In this document: positions 39,276 through 49,718 of the stretch, one piece after another
Numbering within the stretch: the first letter of the stretch is position 1
Layout: each line of letters opens with the position of its first letter
NCBI GenBank assembly: GCA_035285545.1
Contig: JAYKGY010000043.1
Location: forward strand, 1-64,000
DNA length: 64,000 nt
Origin: Snowella sp.
GTDB taxonomy: Bacteria; Cyanobacteriota; Cyanobacteriia; Cyanobacteriales; Microcystaceae
Direction of reading: 5' to 3'
The notes under the pieces: generated by a model
What the model saw: the letters and a program-made list of their open reading frames with translations, nothing else
What the model was told of the DNA's origin: nothing
Database searches by the model: none
Translations under genes and position numbers: made by a program

Positions 39276-40046
39276 ATGGAAATTTTACCTGCAATTGATT
39301 TACTCGATGGCCGTTGTGTTCGACTCTATCAGGGAGATTATCAACAGTCCCAGATCTATCATGAAAATCCTGTCGAAGTGGCGCGTCAGTGGGCAGAGCA
39401 GGGAGCAACTCGGTTACATTTAGTGGATCTCGATGGGGCAAAAGCAGGACAACCCGTTAATTTACCCGCCATTGAAGCCATTGTTCGAGCCGTTGATATT
39501 CCAGTACAAGTTGGGGGCGGTTTACGCGATCGCGCCAGTGTGGCCCAACTGTTAGAACTCGGTGTGGGACGGGTGATCTTAGGAACCATTGCAGTGGAAC
39601 AACCCGAATTGGTTGAAAGCTTATGCCAAGAATTTCCCCAACAAATTGTGGTCGGCATTGATGCCCGTAACGGTAAAGTGGCCACCAGGGGTTGGTTAGA
39701 AACGTCTACAGTCGAGGCGACCGACCTAGCCCAACAGATGGAAAAACTCGGAGCCGCCGCCATTATCTACACCGATATTCACCGCGATGGAACCCTAGTG
39801 GGCCCAAATTTAGAAGCCTTACGAGAATTAGCCAGCCATTTAGAGATTCCGGTGATTGCTTCTGGTGGCGTGAGTGCGTTACGGGATTTATTGAGCTTGT
39901 TGTCCCTTGAACCGTTGGGCGTTAATGGGGTGATTATCGGCAAAGCCCTCTATACCGGCGATGTGGACTTAACCGAAGCGATTCAGGCAGTCGGCCAAGG
40001 CCGTTGGCAAGATGTACCGCCAGGCGACATTCCCCGTTTTGCCTAA
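39276..40046 (+). CDS. hisA: ProFAR isomerase HisA
   Basis: [49 protein letters not shown]. Confidence 0.97.
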   Translation: MEILPAIDLLDGRCVRLYQGDYQQSQIYHENPVEVARQWAEQGATRLHLVDLDGAKAGQPVNLPAIEAIVRAVDIPVQVGGGLRDRASVAQLLELGVGRVILGTIAVEQPELVESLCQEFPQQIVVGIDARNGKVATRGWLETSTVEATDLAQQMEKLGAAAIIYTDIHRDGTLVGPNLEALRELASHLEIPVIASGGVSALRDLLSLLSLEPLGVNGVIIGKALYTGDVDLTEAIQAVGQGRWQDVPPGDIPRFA

Positions 40047-41473
40047 AGTCCTGTTTTCACGTTTGCATACCGGAGTTTAAACTCTCTTTGTTGGCGATTG
40101 TGGTCAACGATAGGCTCAGGATAGCCAACCCCTAACCGTTCTAGACGGGTAATTTTTCCCGTTAACAATGCCTCCGTATCCAGCGATCGCAGTTCGGGTA
40201 GCCAGTGACGGATATATTCGGCTTCGGGGTCAAATTTTTGCGCCTGGGTCATCGGGTTAAAGATTCGTAGCGGTTTGGGATCCATGCCACTCGACGCACT
40301 CCACTGCCATCCCCCATTATTGGCCGCTAAATCCCCATCATACAAACATTGCATAAAATATTTTTCGCCCCACTGCCAGTTAATAATCAAATCCTTGGTT
40401 AAAAAACTAGCCACAATCATCCGACAACGGTTGTGCATCCAGCCGGTTTCTAACATTTGCCGCATAGCAGCATCCACGATGGGATAGCCCGTTTTTCCCT
40501 CACACCAAGCCTGAAAATGTTCCTCGTTATTCTCCCAAGGAAAATTTTTAAAAATCGGTCGATAGGGGCCATTGACTAATTCTGGGAAAAAATAAAGGCA
40601 ATGTTGATAAAATTCTCGCCAGGCGAGTTCCTGTTGCCAAGTTCGGATGCTATTGCTTTCTTCCTCGCTGCGACTATTCTCCATCGCGGTTACTGACGCT
40701 TGCCACACGGTACGAATCCCGATCGCGCCAAATTTTAACGCTGCACTGAGTTGAGAGGTGCCATCAATCGCCGGAAAGTTACGCTGTTCTTGGTAATCCC
40801 TGAGTTTATTTTGGGCAAAAAAATCGAGTCGCTCTTGGGCTGCCGTTTCCCCTGGATCGAGCAACAAGGGTTTATCCCAGTTAAAGCCTAAATCTTGTAG
40901 GCTCGGTAAATCAATTACAAATTGTTGAATCCGTTCCTGTTCTTCTTCATTTAAGCCTTTTAAGCTATCGGGGGTCTCGGCGATCGCGGCTTTCGGGTGT
41001 TGAATCCAATTTTTCCAAAACGGGGTATAAACGGTATAGGGCTTACCGCCTTGGGCTAAAACGGAACCAGGGGCTTGCAACAGTTGATCCCAATAGGTTT
41101 GTACTCCAATTTTTTTGGCTCGTAACTGTTCGGCAACACTTTGATCTCGTTTTTGAGCGTATGGCTCCCCATCCAAATTCCAAACAACCACATTGACGTT
41201 TAACACTTCGGCTAGTTGGGGAATGCAAATTGTTGGATCACCTTGGAGGATTAATAATTGACTGCCTAATTGTTGGTAACGTTGGCGTAATTTGGTTAAA
41301 CATCCCCATAGGTAAGTAACCCGTGCAGGGGCAATATTATCTGCTTGTAAAATTTGCAGATCTAAACAAAAACAAGCAATAATTTTATGACTCTTTTTGT
41401 AAGCTTGAGAAAGACCAATATTATCGGAAATTCGTAAATCTCGACGATGCCAAAATAGGATTAAATCACTCAT
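40043..41473 (-). CDS. phrA: Class I CPD DNA photolyase
   Basis: [54 protein letters not shown]. Confidence 0.93.
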   Translation of the reverse strand: MSDLILFWHRRDLRISDNIGLSQAYKKSHKIIACFCLDLQILQADNIAPARVTYLWGCLTKLRQRYQQLGSQLLILQGDPTICIPQLAEVLNVNVVVWNLDGEPYAQKRDQSVAEQLRAKKIGVQTYWDQLLQAPGSVLAQGGKPYTVYTPFWKNWIQHPKAAIAETPDSLKGLNEEEQERIQQFVIDLPSLQDLGFNWDKPLLLDPGETAAQERLDFFAQNKLRDYQEQRNFPAIDGTSQLSAALKFGAIGIRTVWQASVTAMENSRSEEESNSIRTWQQELAWREFYQHCLYFFPELVNGPYRPIFKNFPWENNEEHFQAWCEGKTGYPIVDAAMRQMLETGWMHNRCRMIVASFLTKDLIINWQWGEKYFMQCLYDGDLAANNGGWQWSASSGMDPKPLRIFNPMTQAQKFDPEAEYIRHWLPELRSLDTEALLTGKITRLERLGVGYPEPIVDHNRQQREFKLRYANVKTGL

Positions 41474-41519
41474 TAAACGATGATCAAATTTTTTATTGAA
41501 ATCTTCTTTTTAGTTTACA

Positions 41520-41942
41520 TCAAGGATTCGGAAAGAAGCCAAATTTAATAATTGCTCCAACGACAGCTAAAATTAAAACCCAAATCTGGGAACGTTGAGA
41601 ACCTTTTATTTCTGTTACATCAACTTTTAATTGAGAAATTTCTGTCTCAATTTTTGGTAAAACTTCTAATTTTTTTGCGTCAACTTTTAATTGAGAAATC
41701 TCTGTCTCTATTTTGGGTAGAACTTCTAATTTTTGATCAATTCTGTCTAATCGATTTTCAAACCTATCCATACGCGATTCAAACTTATCTAAGCGAGTTT
41801 CAAATTTGTCCAAACGAGTTTCAAGTTTTTTCTCCATTGCATTCATTTGAGACTCAAACTTATTCTCCATGCGGTCTAGTCGATTATCAATTCTTAATAG
41901 AAATTCTTTTAAATCGGTTTCGATAATCACGGGATTACTCAT
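41520..41942 (-). CDS. Coiled-coil protein with heptad and 20-aa tandem repeats and a C-terminal membrane anchor
   Basis: RLDKFET/RLDKFES-type heptads, duplicated KLEVLPKIETEISQLKVD, QIWVLILAVVGAIIKF TM; ATG at 41942. Confidence 0.8.
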   Translation of the reverse strand: MSNPVIIETDLKEFLLRIDNRLDRMENKFESQMNAMEKKLETRLDKFETRLDKFESRMDRFENRLDRIDQKLEVLPKIETEISQLKVDAKKLEVLPKIETEISQLKVDVTEIKGSQRSQIWVLILAVVGAIIKFGFFPNP

Positions 41943-41979
41943 TAGCTTTAGTTCTCCATTCAATTCCTTACTTATCAAT

Positions 41980-42534
41980 TTATTTTAAATCTAAAATTAA
42001 TTTTACCCAAAAATAACTAGTAATCGACTTAGCATCAATCGGTTGCCCTTCAAGAATAGCTTGTTCAAATTCTGCAAAACTCATTAAAACAACTTCAATA
42101 TCTTCATCCTCATCCTGGGCAGGGGGTTTTTCTAATTTTTCCAAATCTTGAGCTAAAAAGGCATAAATAAATTCATCGGAATAGCCGGGGGCTAAGGCAA
42201 ATTTTCCCAGAGATCGCCACTGATGGGCCCGATAACCCGTTTCTTCTTCTAATTCTCGTTTAATAGTTTCAGCAGGATCTTCCGTAATTTCAACCGTTCC
42301 TGCGGGAAATTCTAACAATCTTCCCTCTAGGGCAAAACGATATTGTTTGACTAAAACTAATTTTCCTTCATTGGTGATGGGAACGGCTAAAGCTCCCCCT
42401 GGATGACGAATACATTCCCATTCCCCCACTACACCATTCGGCAAACGACGCTGGCTCACTTCAAAATTAAATTTTCGTCCTTCATAAAAAAGGCGTTGTT
42501 TCAAGACTTCCGCAGACTCATTTCCTAGTGACAT
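41980..42534 (-). CDS. NUDIX hydrolase (ADP-ribose pyrophosphatase-like)
   Basis: LEFPAG.VE..EDP..T.KRELEEETG Nudix box; PGYSDE; ATG at 42534. Confidence 0.92.
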   Translation of the reverse strand: MSLGNESAEVLKQRLFYEGRKFNFEVSQRRLPNGVVGEWECIRHPGGALAVPITNEGKLVLVKQYRFALEGRLLEFPAGTVEITEDPAETIKRELEEETGYRAHQWRSLGKFALAPGYSDEFIYAFLAQDLEKLEKPPAQDEDEDIEVVLMSFAEFEQAILEGQPIDAKSITSYFWVKLILDLK

Positions 42535-42667
42535 GGATATTATCCTCAATAAAAATTTGCAGAGCAACCGTATCCTCAAGCCATCGCTTAATGGTAAATA
42601 TTATAAGAATTTTGACGATGTTATAATAAAAATACTTGGATTTAGTAAAAAACAAGAGAAATATTCT

Positions 42668-43036
42668 ATGAGTCTTCTAGGAAATATTATTTGGTTGATT
42701 TTTGGTGGCTTTATTGCAGGAGTGGGCTATATTTTGGGAGGAATATTGGTCTGTTTAACGATTATTGGAATTCCCTTTGGGCAACAGGCGATTAAACTCG
42801 GTATTGCAACGATGACCCCTTTTGGTCGCGAAATTGTCCCGACTCCCGAAGCAGGCGAGTTACTGAATATGGTCTTCAATATTATTTGGGTAATCGTTAT
42901 TGGTTGGGGCATTGCAGTTGCCCATGTTACGTCTGCTTTAATCCTGGCTATTACGATTATCGGCATCCCCTTTGCTATGCAGCATTTGAAATTAGTTCCC
43001 CTCGCTCTGTTTCCCTTTGGGCGAGAACTCCGTTAA
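42668..43036 (+). CDS. yccF: YccF domain inner membrane protein
   Basis: Duplicated NIIW..GG / TIIGIPF..Q..K / PFG motifs; ATG at 42668. Confidence 0.9.
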   Translation: MSLLGNIIWLIFGGFIAGVGYILGGILVCLTIIGIPFGQQAIKLGIATMTPFGREIVPTPEAGELLNMVFNIIWVIVIGWGIAVAHVTSALILAITIIGIPFAMQHLKLVPLALFPFGRELR

Positions 43037-44008
43037 TCTGAAGTCTGATAAAAAAGCTTGAATGTCTGTATCCGTCGGTTGAGCCGCGATCGCGCCGAGT
43101 TTGGTCGTTGTTAAGGCTCCTGCCGCACTCGCATAACGGATGGCAGCCTGAGCAAGTGACCGATCCTCAAACAGTTGGTCATTCTGTTCAACCAGTTGTT
43201 TGAGAAACCCTGCGACAAAACTATCCCCTGCGCCGGTGGTATCTATCACCTGAACCGGAAAAGCGGGAATAAACCCCTGATTGTTGCCTAACTGGTAATG
43301 ACATCCCCTTTCTCCTGCGGTTATTAATATTCCCTGTAAATTGCGGAATCTTTGCTGAATTGCAGCAGTATTCTGGGTTTGAAAAAATTGTTCGGCTTCT
43401 TCATCCGTACATTTCAAAAAACTGGCAGTATTAAGCAGATCATTGATTAAAGCTATTGCGCCTTCTGGCTGCTCCCAAAAAACTGAACGCCAATTAATAT
43501 CCAGAAAAATTTTGAGGTGATATTTTTTTGCCCATTCCACAGCACGGTAAACGGCTTGACGACTTTGGGGATAGGCGAGGGTAATAGTTCCCAAAACTAA
43601 ATACTGCGCTTGTTTAAATACTTCTTCTGGTAAGTGATCAGCCGTTAACTGGGTATCGGCAAAATCTACGGTGGGGGTTGAACCAAATCCTGCAAAGTGG
43701 CGATCGCCGTCGAGGGAACGGATCACATAAACCTGTCGGGTTGCTAAACTTGGATGACGCTGAACTCCCCATGTATTTACGCCGACATCTTGCAAAACAT
43801 TAACTAATTCTTCTCCAATCGAATCTGAGCCAATACAACCAATAAAAGCACTGGGAATGTCTAATTTTACTAATCCACAGGCGACATTTGCCGGTGCGCC
43901 CCCCGGATAACGAGTCCAGGACATGACCTTATCCAAAGGTTGACCTAATTGATCGGCTAAACAGTCAAAGAGGATTTCTCCTAAACATAAAACTTGAGGA
44001 TTGCCCAT
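42992..44008 (-). CDS. PfkB family carbohydrate kinase (fructokinase-like)
   Basis: GGAPANVA, DINWR, DTTGAGDSF.AG. Confidence 0.92.
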   Translation of the reverse strand: MGNPQVLCLGEILFDCLADQLGQPLDKVMSWTRYPGGAPANVACGLVKLDIPSAFIGCIGSDSIGEELVNVLQDVGVNTWGVQRHPSLATRQVYVIRSLDGDRHFAGFGSTPTVDFADTQLTADHLPEEVFKQAQYLVLGTITLAYPQSRQAVYRAVEWAKKYHLKIFLDINWRSVFWEQPEGAIALINDLLNTASFLKCTDEEAEQFFQTQNTAAIQQRFRNLQGILITAGERGCHYQLGNNQGFIPAFPVQVIDTTGAGDSFVAGFLKQLVEQNDQLFEDRSLAQAAIRYASAAGALTTTKLGAIAAQPTDTDIQAFLSDFRLTEFSPKGKQSEGN

Positions 44009-44095
44009 ATCGAAACTTTGTATCTTTAAAAAAATTTGTTATTTTAATCAATTGTACCGAAGATCAAATTGCTCAAATTCCGCTCAGGTTATCGA

Positions 44096-45376
44096 ATGAC
44101 CCCTAAAATTAATGTTGTTGGTATTGGCTTAGATGGCAAGGCAGGATTAATTTCAGAAGTTTGTAAGTTGGTTGAAAGTGCAACGGTTTTGGTAGGTAGC
44201 GATCGCCATTTAAATTTATTTCCTGAACATTCGTCAGAAAAATTCATTTTAGGAGATTTTTTAACTACTTTTGAAACGATTAAGCAAAAATTACAAAATA
44301 ACGAAAAAATAGTGATTTTAGTAAGTGGTGATCCCTTATTTTTTGGATTAGGCAGGTTATTATTAGAAAATTTTCCTTCAGAACAATTAGTTTTTCATCC
44401 CCACTATAGCTCGGTTCAATTAGCTTTTAATCGTTTAAAACTTCCTTGGCATGATGCCCAGATTGTCAGTGTTCACGGTCGCTCCTTAGATTTGCTGCTT
44501 CCTCTATTACAAAAGGGCATTAACAAAATTGCTATTCTAACGGATTCAGAAAATAATCCTAGCGCGATCGCTGCCTATTATCAAAGCCTTGATTTAGCGA
44601 TTCATTATGAATTTTGGATTTGTGAAAACTTAGGCGGAAATAATGAAAGAATTTATCAAATTTCTGCTGAAAAACTGAGCCAACTTAATAGCCAAGATTT
44701 TGCCCCACTTAATGTAGTGATTTTAGTTCGTAAAAATGATTCAGCATTACCCGATTTAGATTTAACTCAATTACCGTTATTGGGATTACCAGATTCGAGT
44801 TTTTTGAGCTTTGAAGACCGGCCCGGCTTGATGACTAAACGGGAAATTCGCCTGATAGTGTTAGGAGAATTAGCCCTGCAACCCGATCAAGTGATTTGGG
44901 ATATTGGAGCAGGAACGGGGTCAGTTTCTATTGAAATCGCGCGGTTGTGTCCTGATTCTCAAATTTACGCGATTGAAAAAACGGCAATGGGAGTTACTTT
45001 GATTGAACGTAACGCCCAACGCTTTCAAGTTAATAACATTAATCCGATTCAAGGGAAAGCTCCCAAAATTTTAGCCGATTTACCTAATCCTGATCGCATT
45101 TTTATTGGGGGAACGGGTGGCAATTTAACATCAATCTTAACTGTTTGTCAGGCTCAATTAAATCCATTAGGAAAAATTATTTTAGCCTTAGCGACTATGG
45201 AGCATTTTGCCACCTGTTTAAGTTGGTTTAAAGAACATGATTGGAATTATTCTTACCAACAAATTCAAATTTCCCGTTCCCTGCCCTTGGGCGATTTGAC
45301 CCGCCTAAATCCCCTCAATCCTGTGATGATTATTTCTGCTATTCCTGTAAATAATTCCCCAAACATTGGGGGTTAG
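44096..45376 (+). CDS. cbiET: Bifunctional precorrin-6Y methyltransferase CbiE/CbiT (CobL)
   Basis: VVGIG, SGDPLFFGLG, SVHGR, MTKREIR, WDIGAGTGSVSIE, IFIGG. Confidence 0.93.
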   Translation: MTPKINVVGIGLDGKAGLISEVCKLVESATVLVGSDRHLNLFPEHSSEKFILGDFLTTFETIKQKLQNNEKIVILVSGDPLFFGLGRLLLENFPSEQLVFHPHYSSVQLAFNRLKLPWHDAQIVSVHGRSLDLLLPLLQKGINKIAILTDSENNPSAIAAYYQSLDLAIHYEFWICENLGGNNERIYQISAEKLSQLNSQDFAPLNVVILVRKNDSALPDLDLTQLPLLGLPDSSFLSFEDRPGLMTKREIRLIVLGELALQPDQVIWDIGAGTGSVSIEIARLCPDSQIYAIEKTAMGVTLIERNAQRFQVNNINPIQGKAPKILADLPNPDRIFIGGTGGNLTSILTVCQAQLNPLGKIILALATMEHFATCLSWFKEHDWNYSYQQIQISRSLPLGDLTRLNPLNPVMIISAIPVNNSPNIGG

Positions 45377-45381
45377 GGAGC
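45356..45381. repeat. REP-like repeat overlapping the cbiET stop codon
   Basis: tccccaaacattgggggttagggagc, similar to the core at 55042-55060. Confidence 0.6.
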
Positions 45382-45385
45382 TATT

Positions 45386-46777
45386 TTAAAATTCAGCATT
45401 CAAAGGAGTACGGGGGAAAGGAATCACATCCCGAATATTGGCCATTCCGGTCATAAATTGCACCACTCGCTCGAACCCTAAGCCAAAGCCTGCATGGGGA
45501 ACAGTTCCATAACGTCTTAAATCCAGATACCACCATAAATCTTCTGGGTTCATCCCTTGGGTTTGAATACGTTGTTCTAAAACATCCAGTCGTTCTTCCC
45601 GTTGAGAACCGCCGATAATTTCGCCAATTTTAGGGGCTAAAATATCCATTGCGGCAACGGTTTTTCCATCTTCATTTAAGCGCATATAAAAGGCTTTAAT
45701 TTGGGCAGGATAATTGGTCACAATCATCGGCTTTTTAAAGACTTCTTCGGCTAAATAGCGTTCATGCTCAGACTGTAAATCAATTCCCCATTCTACGGGA
45801 TATTGAAACTGTCGGTCGGCTTTTTCTAATAAATTAACGGCTTCTGTGTAGGTAATTCGCGCAAATTCATTATTAATAATATTATCTGCCGTTTCTAAGA
45901 CCGTATTATCAATGCGTTGGTTAAAGAATTCCATGTCTTCAGGGCAGGTTTCTAAGACATATTTAAAAATATATTTGAGGAATTCTTCCGCTAAATTTTG
46001 ATCCCCTTCTAGGTCACAAAACGCCATTTCAGGTTCTACCATCCAAAATTCGGCTAGATGCCGTGAGGTATTGGAATTTTCGGCACGGAAGGTTGGCCCA
46101 AAAGTATAGACATTCTGAAAGGCCATGGCCATGATTTCTGCTTCTAATTGACCACTAACGGTTAAATAAGCTCGTTTTCCAAAAAAATCCTGCTCAAAGT
46201 CAACCCTCTTATCATCCGTTAAGGGGAGTTTATCCAAATCTAAATTAGTCACGGTAAATAATTCCCCTGCCCCTTCGCAATCACTGGCAGTAATGATGGG
46301 GGTATGTACCCACAAAAAGCCCCGTTCTTGAAAGAATTGATGGATCGCTGTCGCACAGGCATTCCGAACTCGCATCACGGCTCCGATAGTGTTAGTCCGC
46401 GATCGCAGATGGCCAATGGTGCGTAAAAATTCAAAACTATGACGTTTCTTTTGCAAGGGGTAGGAATCGGGCGGAGCATCGCCAAACACGTTAACGGTCT
46501 CGGCTTTGAGTTCAATACGTTGCCCTTTGCCTGGTGACGCGACTAATTGACCCTGAACTTCTAAGGATGCGCCGGTGTTTAATTTGGGTAATAAAGCTTG
46601 ATATTCGGGCAATTGGGGATCGAGAATAACCTGTAAATTGGCTAACGCAGAGCCATCATTGACTTCGACAAAACTAAATTCTTTTAACTCGCGTTTGCTG
46701 CGTACCCAAGCTTGAATGGTAACTAACTCATTGGGTTGCCCATTGCGTAAAATATCTATAATGCGTCGATTTTTCAT
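45386..46777 (-). CDS. asnS: Asparagine--tRNA ligase
   Basis: [46 protein letters not shown] at 46777 (MKNRRI). Confidence 0.97.
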   Translation of the reverse strand: MKNRRIIDILRNGQPNELVTIQAWVRSKRELKEFSFVEVNDGSALANLQVILDPQLPEYQALLPKLNTGASLEVQGQLVASPGKGQRIELKAETVNVFGDAPPDSYPLQKKRHSFEFLRTIGHLRSRTNTIGAVMRVRNACATAIHQFFQERGFLWVHTPIITASDCEGAGELFTVTNLDLDKLPLTDDKRVDFEQDFFGKRAYLTVSGQLEAEIMAMAFQNVYTFGPTFRAENSNTSRHLAEFWMVEPEMAFCDLEGDQNLAEEFLKYIFKYVLETCPEDMEFFNQRIDNTVLETADNIINNEFARITYTEAVNLLEKADRQFQYPVEWGIDLQSEHERYLAEEVFKKPMIVTNYPAQIKAFYMRLNEDGKTVAAMDILAPKIGEIIGGSQREERLDVLEQRIQTQGMNPEDLWWYLDLRRYGTVPHAGFGLGFERVVQFMTGMANIRDVIPFPRTPLNAEF

Positions 46778-46816
46778 AAAAATTATGTCAAATTTATGGA
46801 GGTAATTCGTCCCTAT

Positions 46817-46949
46817 TAATACCAAATTAACTTGATTTACATGCAAATAGGTTTCTCGATATTATCCCCCCTAGCCCCCCTTTCAAAGGGGGGAAGCCGT
46901 AGGCGGGGGGATTAGGTAAATGCACTGTTTTCTATTGAATTTGTTATAA
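46817..46949. mobile_element. MITE/REP-like element
   Basis: Imperfect terminal inverted repeats taataccaaattaacttga / tctattgaatttgttataa enclosing a G/C-run hairpin (cccccctttcaaaggggggaagccgtaggcgggggga). Confidence 0.55.
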
Positions 46950-47037
46950 GGAGCAGTTAGTTCTATTTTAAATCAAATTGTGAATCTCGCTAATCTCATT
47001 CATTCTTGGTGTTTAAATATGGGGTTTAATTAATTCA

Positions 47038-48420
47038 CTATAAAATAATGTTTTTTAACATCAGCTCGACCATTTTTTCGGATTTTTCAGAGGCACTTTT
47101 TTTTAAAACCTCTTTGAATTCTGGATATTTGTTTTTAATATTTTGAAAATCTTTTTCTTTGAGCACAAAAATATCACAGTAACCAAGGGTTTTAACGGAT
47201 GCCGTCCTTTTTTCATTGAGCACTAAAGAAATATCCCCAAAATATTCACCTTCTTCTAAGGTAATCTTCGTATCAGGATTCTCGGTCGAGAGGATTTCCA
47301 CTTCTCCTTTAGTAATAAAATAGATAGCTTCTCCAATTTCTCCTTCATAAACAATATAGGACTGGGGAGAATAGGTTTCAATTTTTAATGCTGACAGTAA
47401 AACATTTCGTAATCCTGGGGAGCAGTATTTGAATAAAGGAACGCGCTCTAGTAATTCTCTGGTAATATATTGCAACACTTCTAAACGAGAAGCGGGGGGT
47501 AAATCGACAAATAAGTTTTCTTCCTTAAATCCCCGTTCCCTCACCCAAAGATATTCATAATAATTACTAATTTTGTGGATCACTTCCTGGGGCACTTGCT
47601 GATAGCGGAGGTATTGAATGAGGGATTCAACTTTATTACGGTAATTGAGTTTAGCTGTATCTAATTCACTGATTAAAGAGGCAATATTCCCAATAATAAA
47701 GGCATAAACGGAAGCCCCAACGACCATAATAATAATTGTCGTTAAATATTCAATCGTTCGCTTGGGGGTAATGTCTCCGTAACCGATGGTTGCCATTGTG
47801 GTCGCAGCCCAATAGAGAGAAAGAATATATTGTTTCGTAACTGATGCTTTTTCAATTTCAGTTCGTACTACCCAAGAGTCTTGAGGAAAATTTTCGACAT
47901 AGGCGATCGCGAACCAAATGCAAGCAATCCAATGGGTTAAAAGTAGAACAAAAATAAATAATTTAATAATTCTAAAATAACCAGGATTAAACCATCGTTG
48001 ATTTTCCCAACGACGAAAAATAATAAATAGCCGAACAATGCGTAATAAACGGGTTAATCGAAACCATAAAATGAGGGAAATATTAGAAAAAATAATCAGG
48101 GGAAATAATAAAACAACAATTAAATCAAAGGGAAAATTTGCAATAAAATCAACAATAAAATATTTTTTAAAATAGTGGGAACGAATCTTCTTAGGATCAG
48201 TAATTTCTTCGCCTTTAAACCGATAACTGGTAAAAAAATTAAAAACAATATCTATCCCAAAAAATACATCAATTAAATAAGTCAAGAGATTACCTTGACG
48301 GGTAGCTGTATGTAAAAAAGCAGCTTGAAAGGGAATTAAAATACAACTAATGAGAATGAGGAAAACAATAAAACTGTCCCAAAGAATTCTAAATTGTGAG
48401 GTTTCTCGAATAATTTTCAT
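47038..48420 (-). CDS. Cyclic-nucleotide-gated 6TM potassium channel (SthK/LliK-like architecture)
   Basis: S4 RLTRLLRIVRL, selectivity filter TIGYGD, C-linker, CNBD YFGDISL...RTASV. Confidence 0.92.
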   Translation of the reverse strand: MKIIRETSQFRILWDSFIVFLILISCILIPFQAAFLHTATRQGNLLTYLIDVFFGIDIVFNFFTSYRFKGEEITDPKKIRSHYFKKYFIVDFIANFPFDLIVVLLFPLIIFSNISLILWFRLTRLLRIVRLFIIFRRWENQRWFNPGYFRIIKLFIFVLLLTHWIACIWFAIAYVENFPQDSWVVRTEIEKASVTKQYILSLYWAATTMATIGYGDITPKRTIEYLTTIIIMVVGASVYAFIIGNIASLISELDTAKLNYRNKVESLIQYLRYQQVPQEVIHKISNYYEYLWVRERGFKEENLFVDLPPASRLEVLQYITRELLERVPLFKYCSPGLRNVLLSALKIETYSPQSYIVYEGEIGEAIYFITKGEVEILSTENPDTKITLEEGEYFGDISLVLNEKRTASVKTLGYCDIFVLKEKDFQNIKNKYPEFKEVLKKSASEKSEKMVELMLKNIIL

Positions 48421-48483
48421 TCATCTTTCCACAACTTGACAGTTAACTTCAGGGACAGCTTTAAGGATTCAAATCCATCTCAC

Positions 48484-49623
48484 CTATTTCGGTTTATTGA
48501 CAGACTTATAGAAGGGCTTTTTCACAACTGTTGCTGGATAGGCTTTGCCGCGAATTTCTACTTCTAGGGTTTGACCCATTTTGCTAAAGGAGCTTGGCAC
48601 GTAGGCTAAGGCGATCGCTTTTTCGAGGGTGGGAGATTGGGTTCCACTGGTGATTTCGCCAATGGGTTTGCCTTCACTCACAACGGGATAGCCATGACGG
48701 GCAATATGACGACCTTCCATTTCAATGCCCACCAAACGACGGTTTACGCCCTCAGCTTTTTGTTGTTCCAAAATAGCGCGACCGATAAAATCTCCAGCTG
48801 TATCGAGGTGAACTAACCAGCCTAAACCCGCTTCTAATGGCGTTGTATTATCGTCAATGTCCTGACCGTAGAGGCACATCGCCGCTTCTAACCGTAGGGT
48901 ATCTCTTGCCCCTAAGCCACAGGGAATCACCCCAACCCCTAACAGCGATCGCCACAATTGTTCCCCCGTTTCCGGATCGGTCATCACCTCAAACCCATCT
49001 TCCCCGGTGTAACCCGTCCGTGCAATAAAAGCCGGCTCATCAAATACCGTCGTTTCCAAATGGCCAAAGGCAGGTAAATCGCCCAAATTGTCAGGAACCA
49101 AGGCTTGTAGAGTTGCCAAAGCATTTGGGCCTTGAATGGCAATCAATACTTTCTCCGCCGATAAATCTGCAAAATTGACCTTACTACTCTCTAAATGGGT
49201 CAATAACCAATCTTTATCTTTGTCTTTCGTCCCTGCGTTGACAATCACTGTTGCTCGTTGTTCACCCGTTTCCGTTTCGCCTTGATGATAAATAATAATG
49301 TCATCAATAATACCGCCCTGCTCATTGAGTAACACCGTGTATTGGGCCCGCCCTGGAGTTAACCGGCTTAAATCGGAGGGAACCAATTTTTGTAACTCGG
49401 CAAAGACTTGCTGACCCTGCATCACAAACTTACCCATGTGGGAAATATCAAACATTCCAACCCCATTGCGAATGGCGGCATGTTCTTGTTTTAATCCGGT
49501 AAATTGAACAGGCATTTCCCAGCCAGAAAAAGCGGTCATTTTGGGTTTTTGTTCCAAAACAACGGCATAAAGCGGTGTTCGCGCGAGAGAAATAAGGTTA
49601 GAAGAGGAGTCTGAATGTGCCAC
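48484..49623 (-). CDS. gcvT: Glycine cleavage system aminomethyltransferase T
   Basis: F.GWEMPVQF, MFDISHMG, RTGYTGEDGFE, GLGARDTLRLEA. Confidence 0.97.
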   Translation of the reverse strand: MAHSDSSSNLISLARTPLYAVVLEQKPKMTAFSGWEMPVQFTGLKQEHAAIRNGVGMFDISHMGKFVMQGQQVFAELQKLVPSDLSRLTPGRAQYTVLLNEQGGIIDDIIIYHQGETETGEQRATVIVNAGTKDKDKDWLLTHLESSKVNFADLSAEKVLIAIQGPNALATLQALVPDNLGDLPAFGHLETTVFDEPAFIARTGYTGEDGFEVMTDPETGEQLWRSLLGVGVIPCGLGARDTLRLEAAMCLYGQDIDDNTTPLEAGLGWLVHLDTAGDFIGRAILEQQKAEGVNRRLVGIEMEGRHIARHGYPVVSEGKPIGEITSGTQSPTLEKAIALAYVPSSFSKMGQTLEVEIRGKAYPATVVKKPFYKSVNKPK

Positions 49624-49718
49624 AGGGATTTTTAAATTTAAAATAAGGTGAATAAGTCGATAAACTGCTTCCTATCCTACCGCAAGTTGCTTATTACGGT
49701 GAGGCTTAGCGGGAATGC

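Noticed and set aside
41552..41926. 124-aa plus-strand ORF with repeats
   Set aside because: Antisense shadow of the coiled-coil gene; the repeat differences are silent in the minus-strand frame.
46778..46846. N-terminal extension of AsnS given by the ORF track
   Set aside because: It runs into the MITE-like element; MKNRRI at 46777 fits a normal AsnS start.
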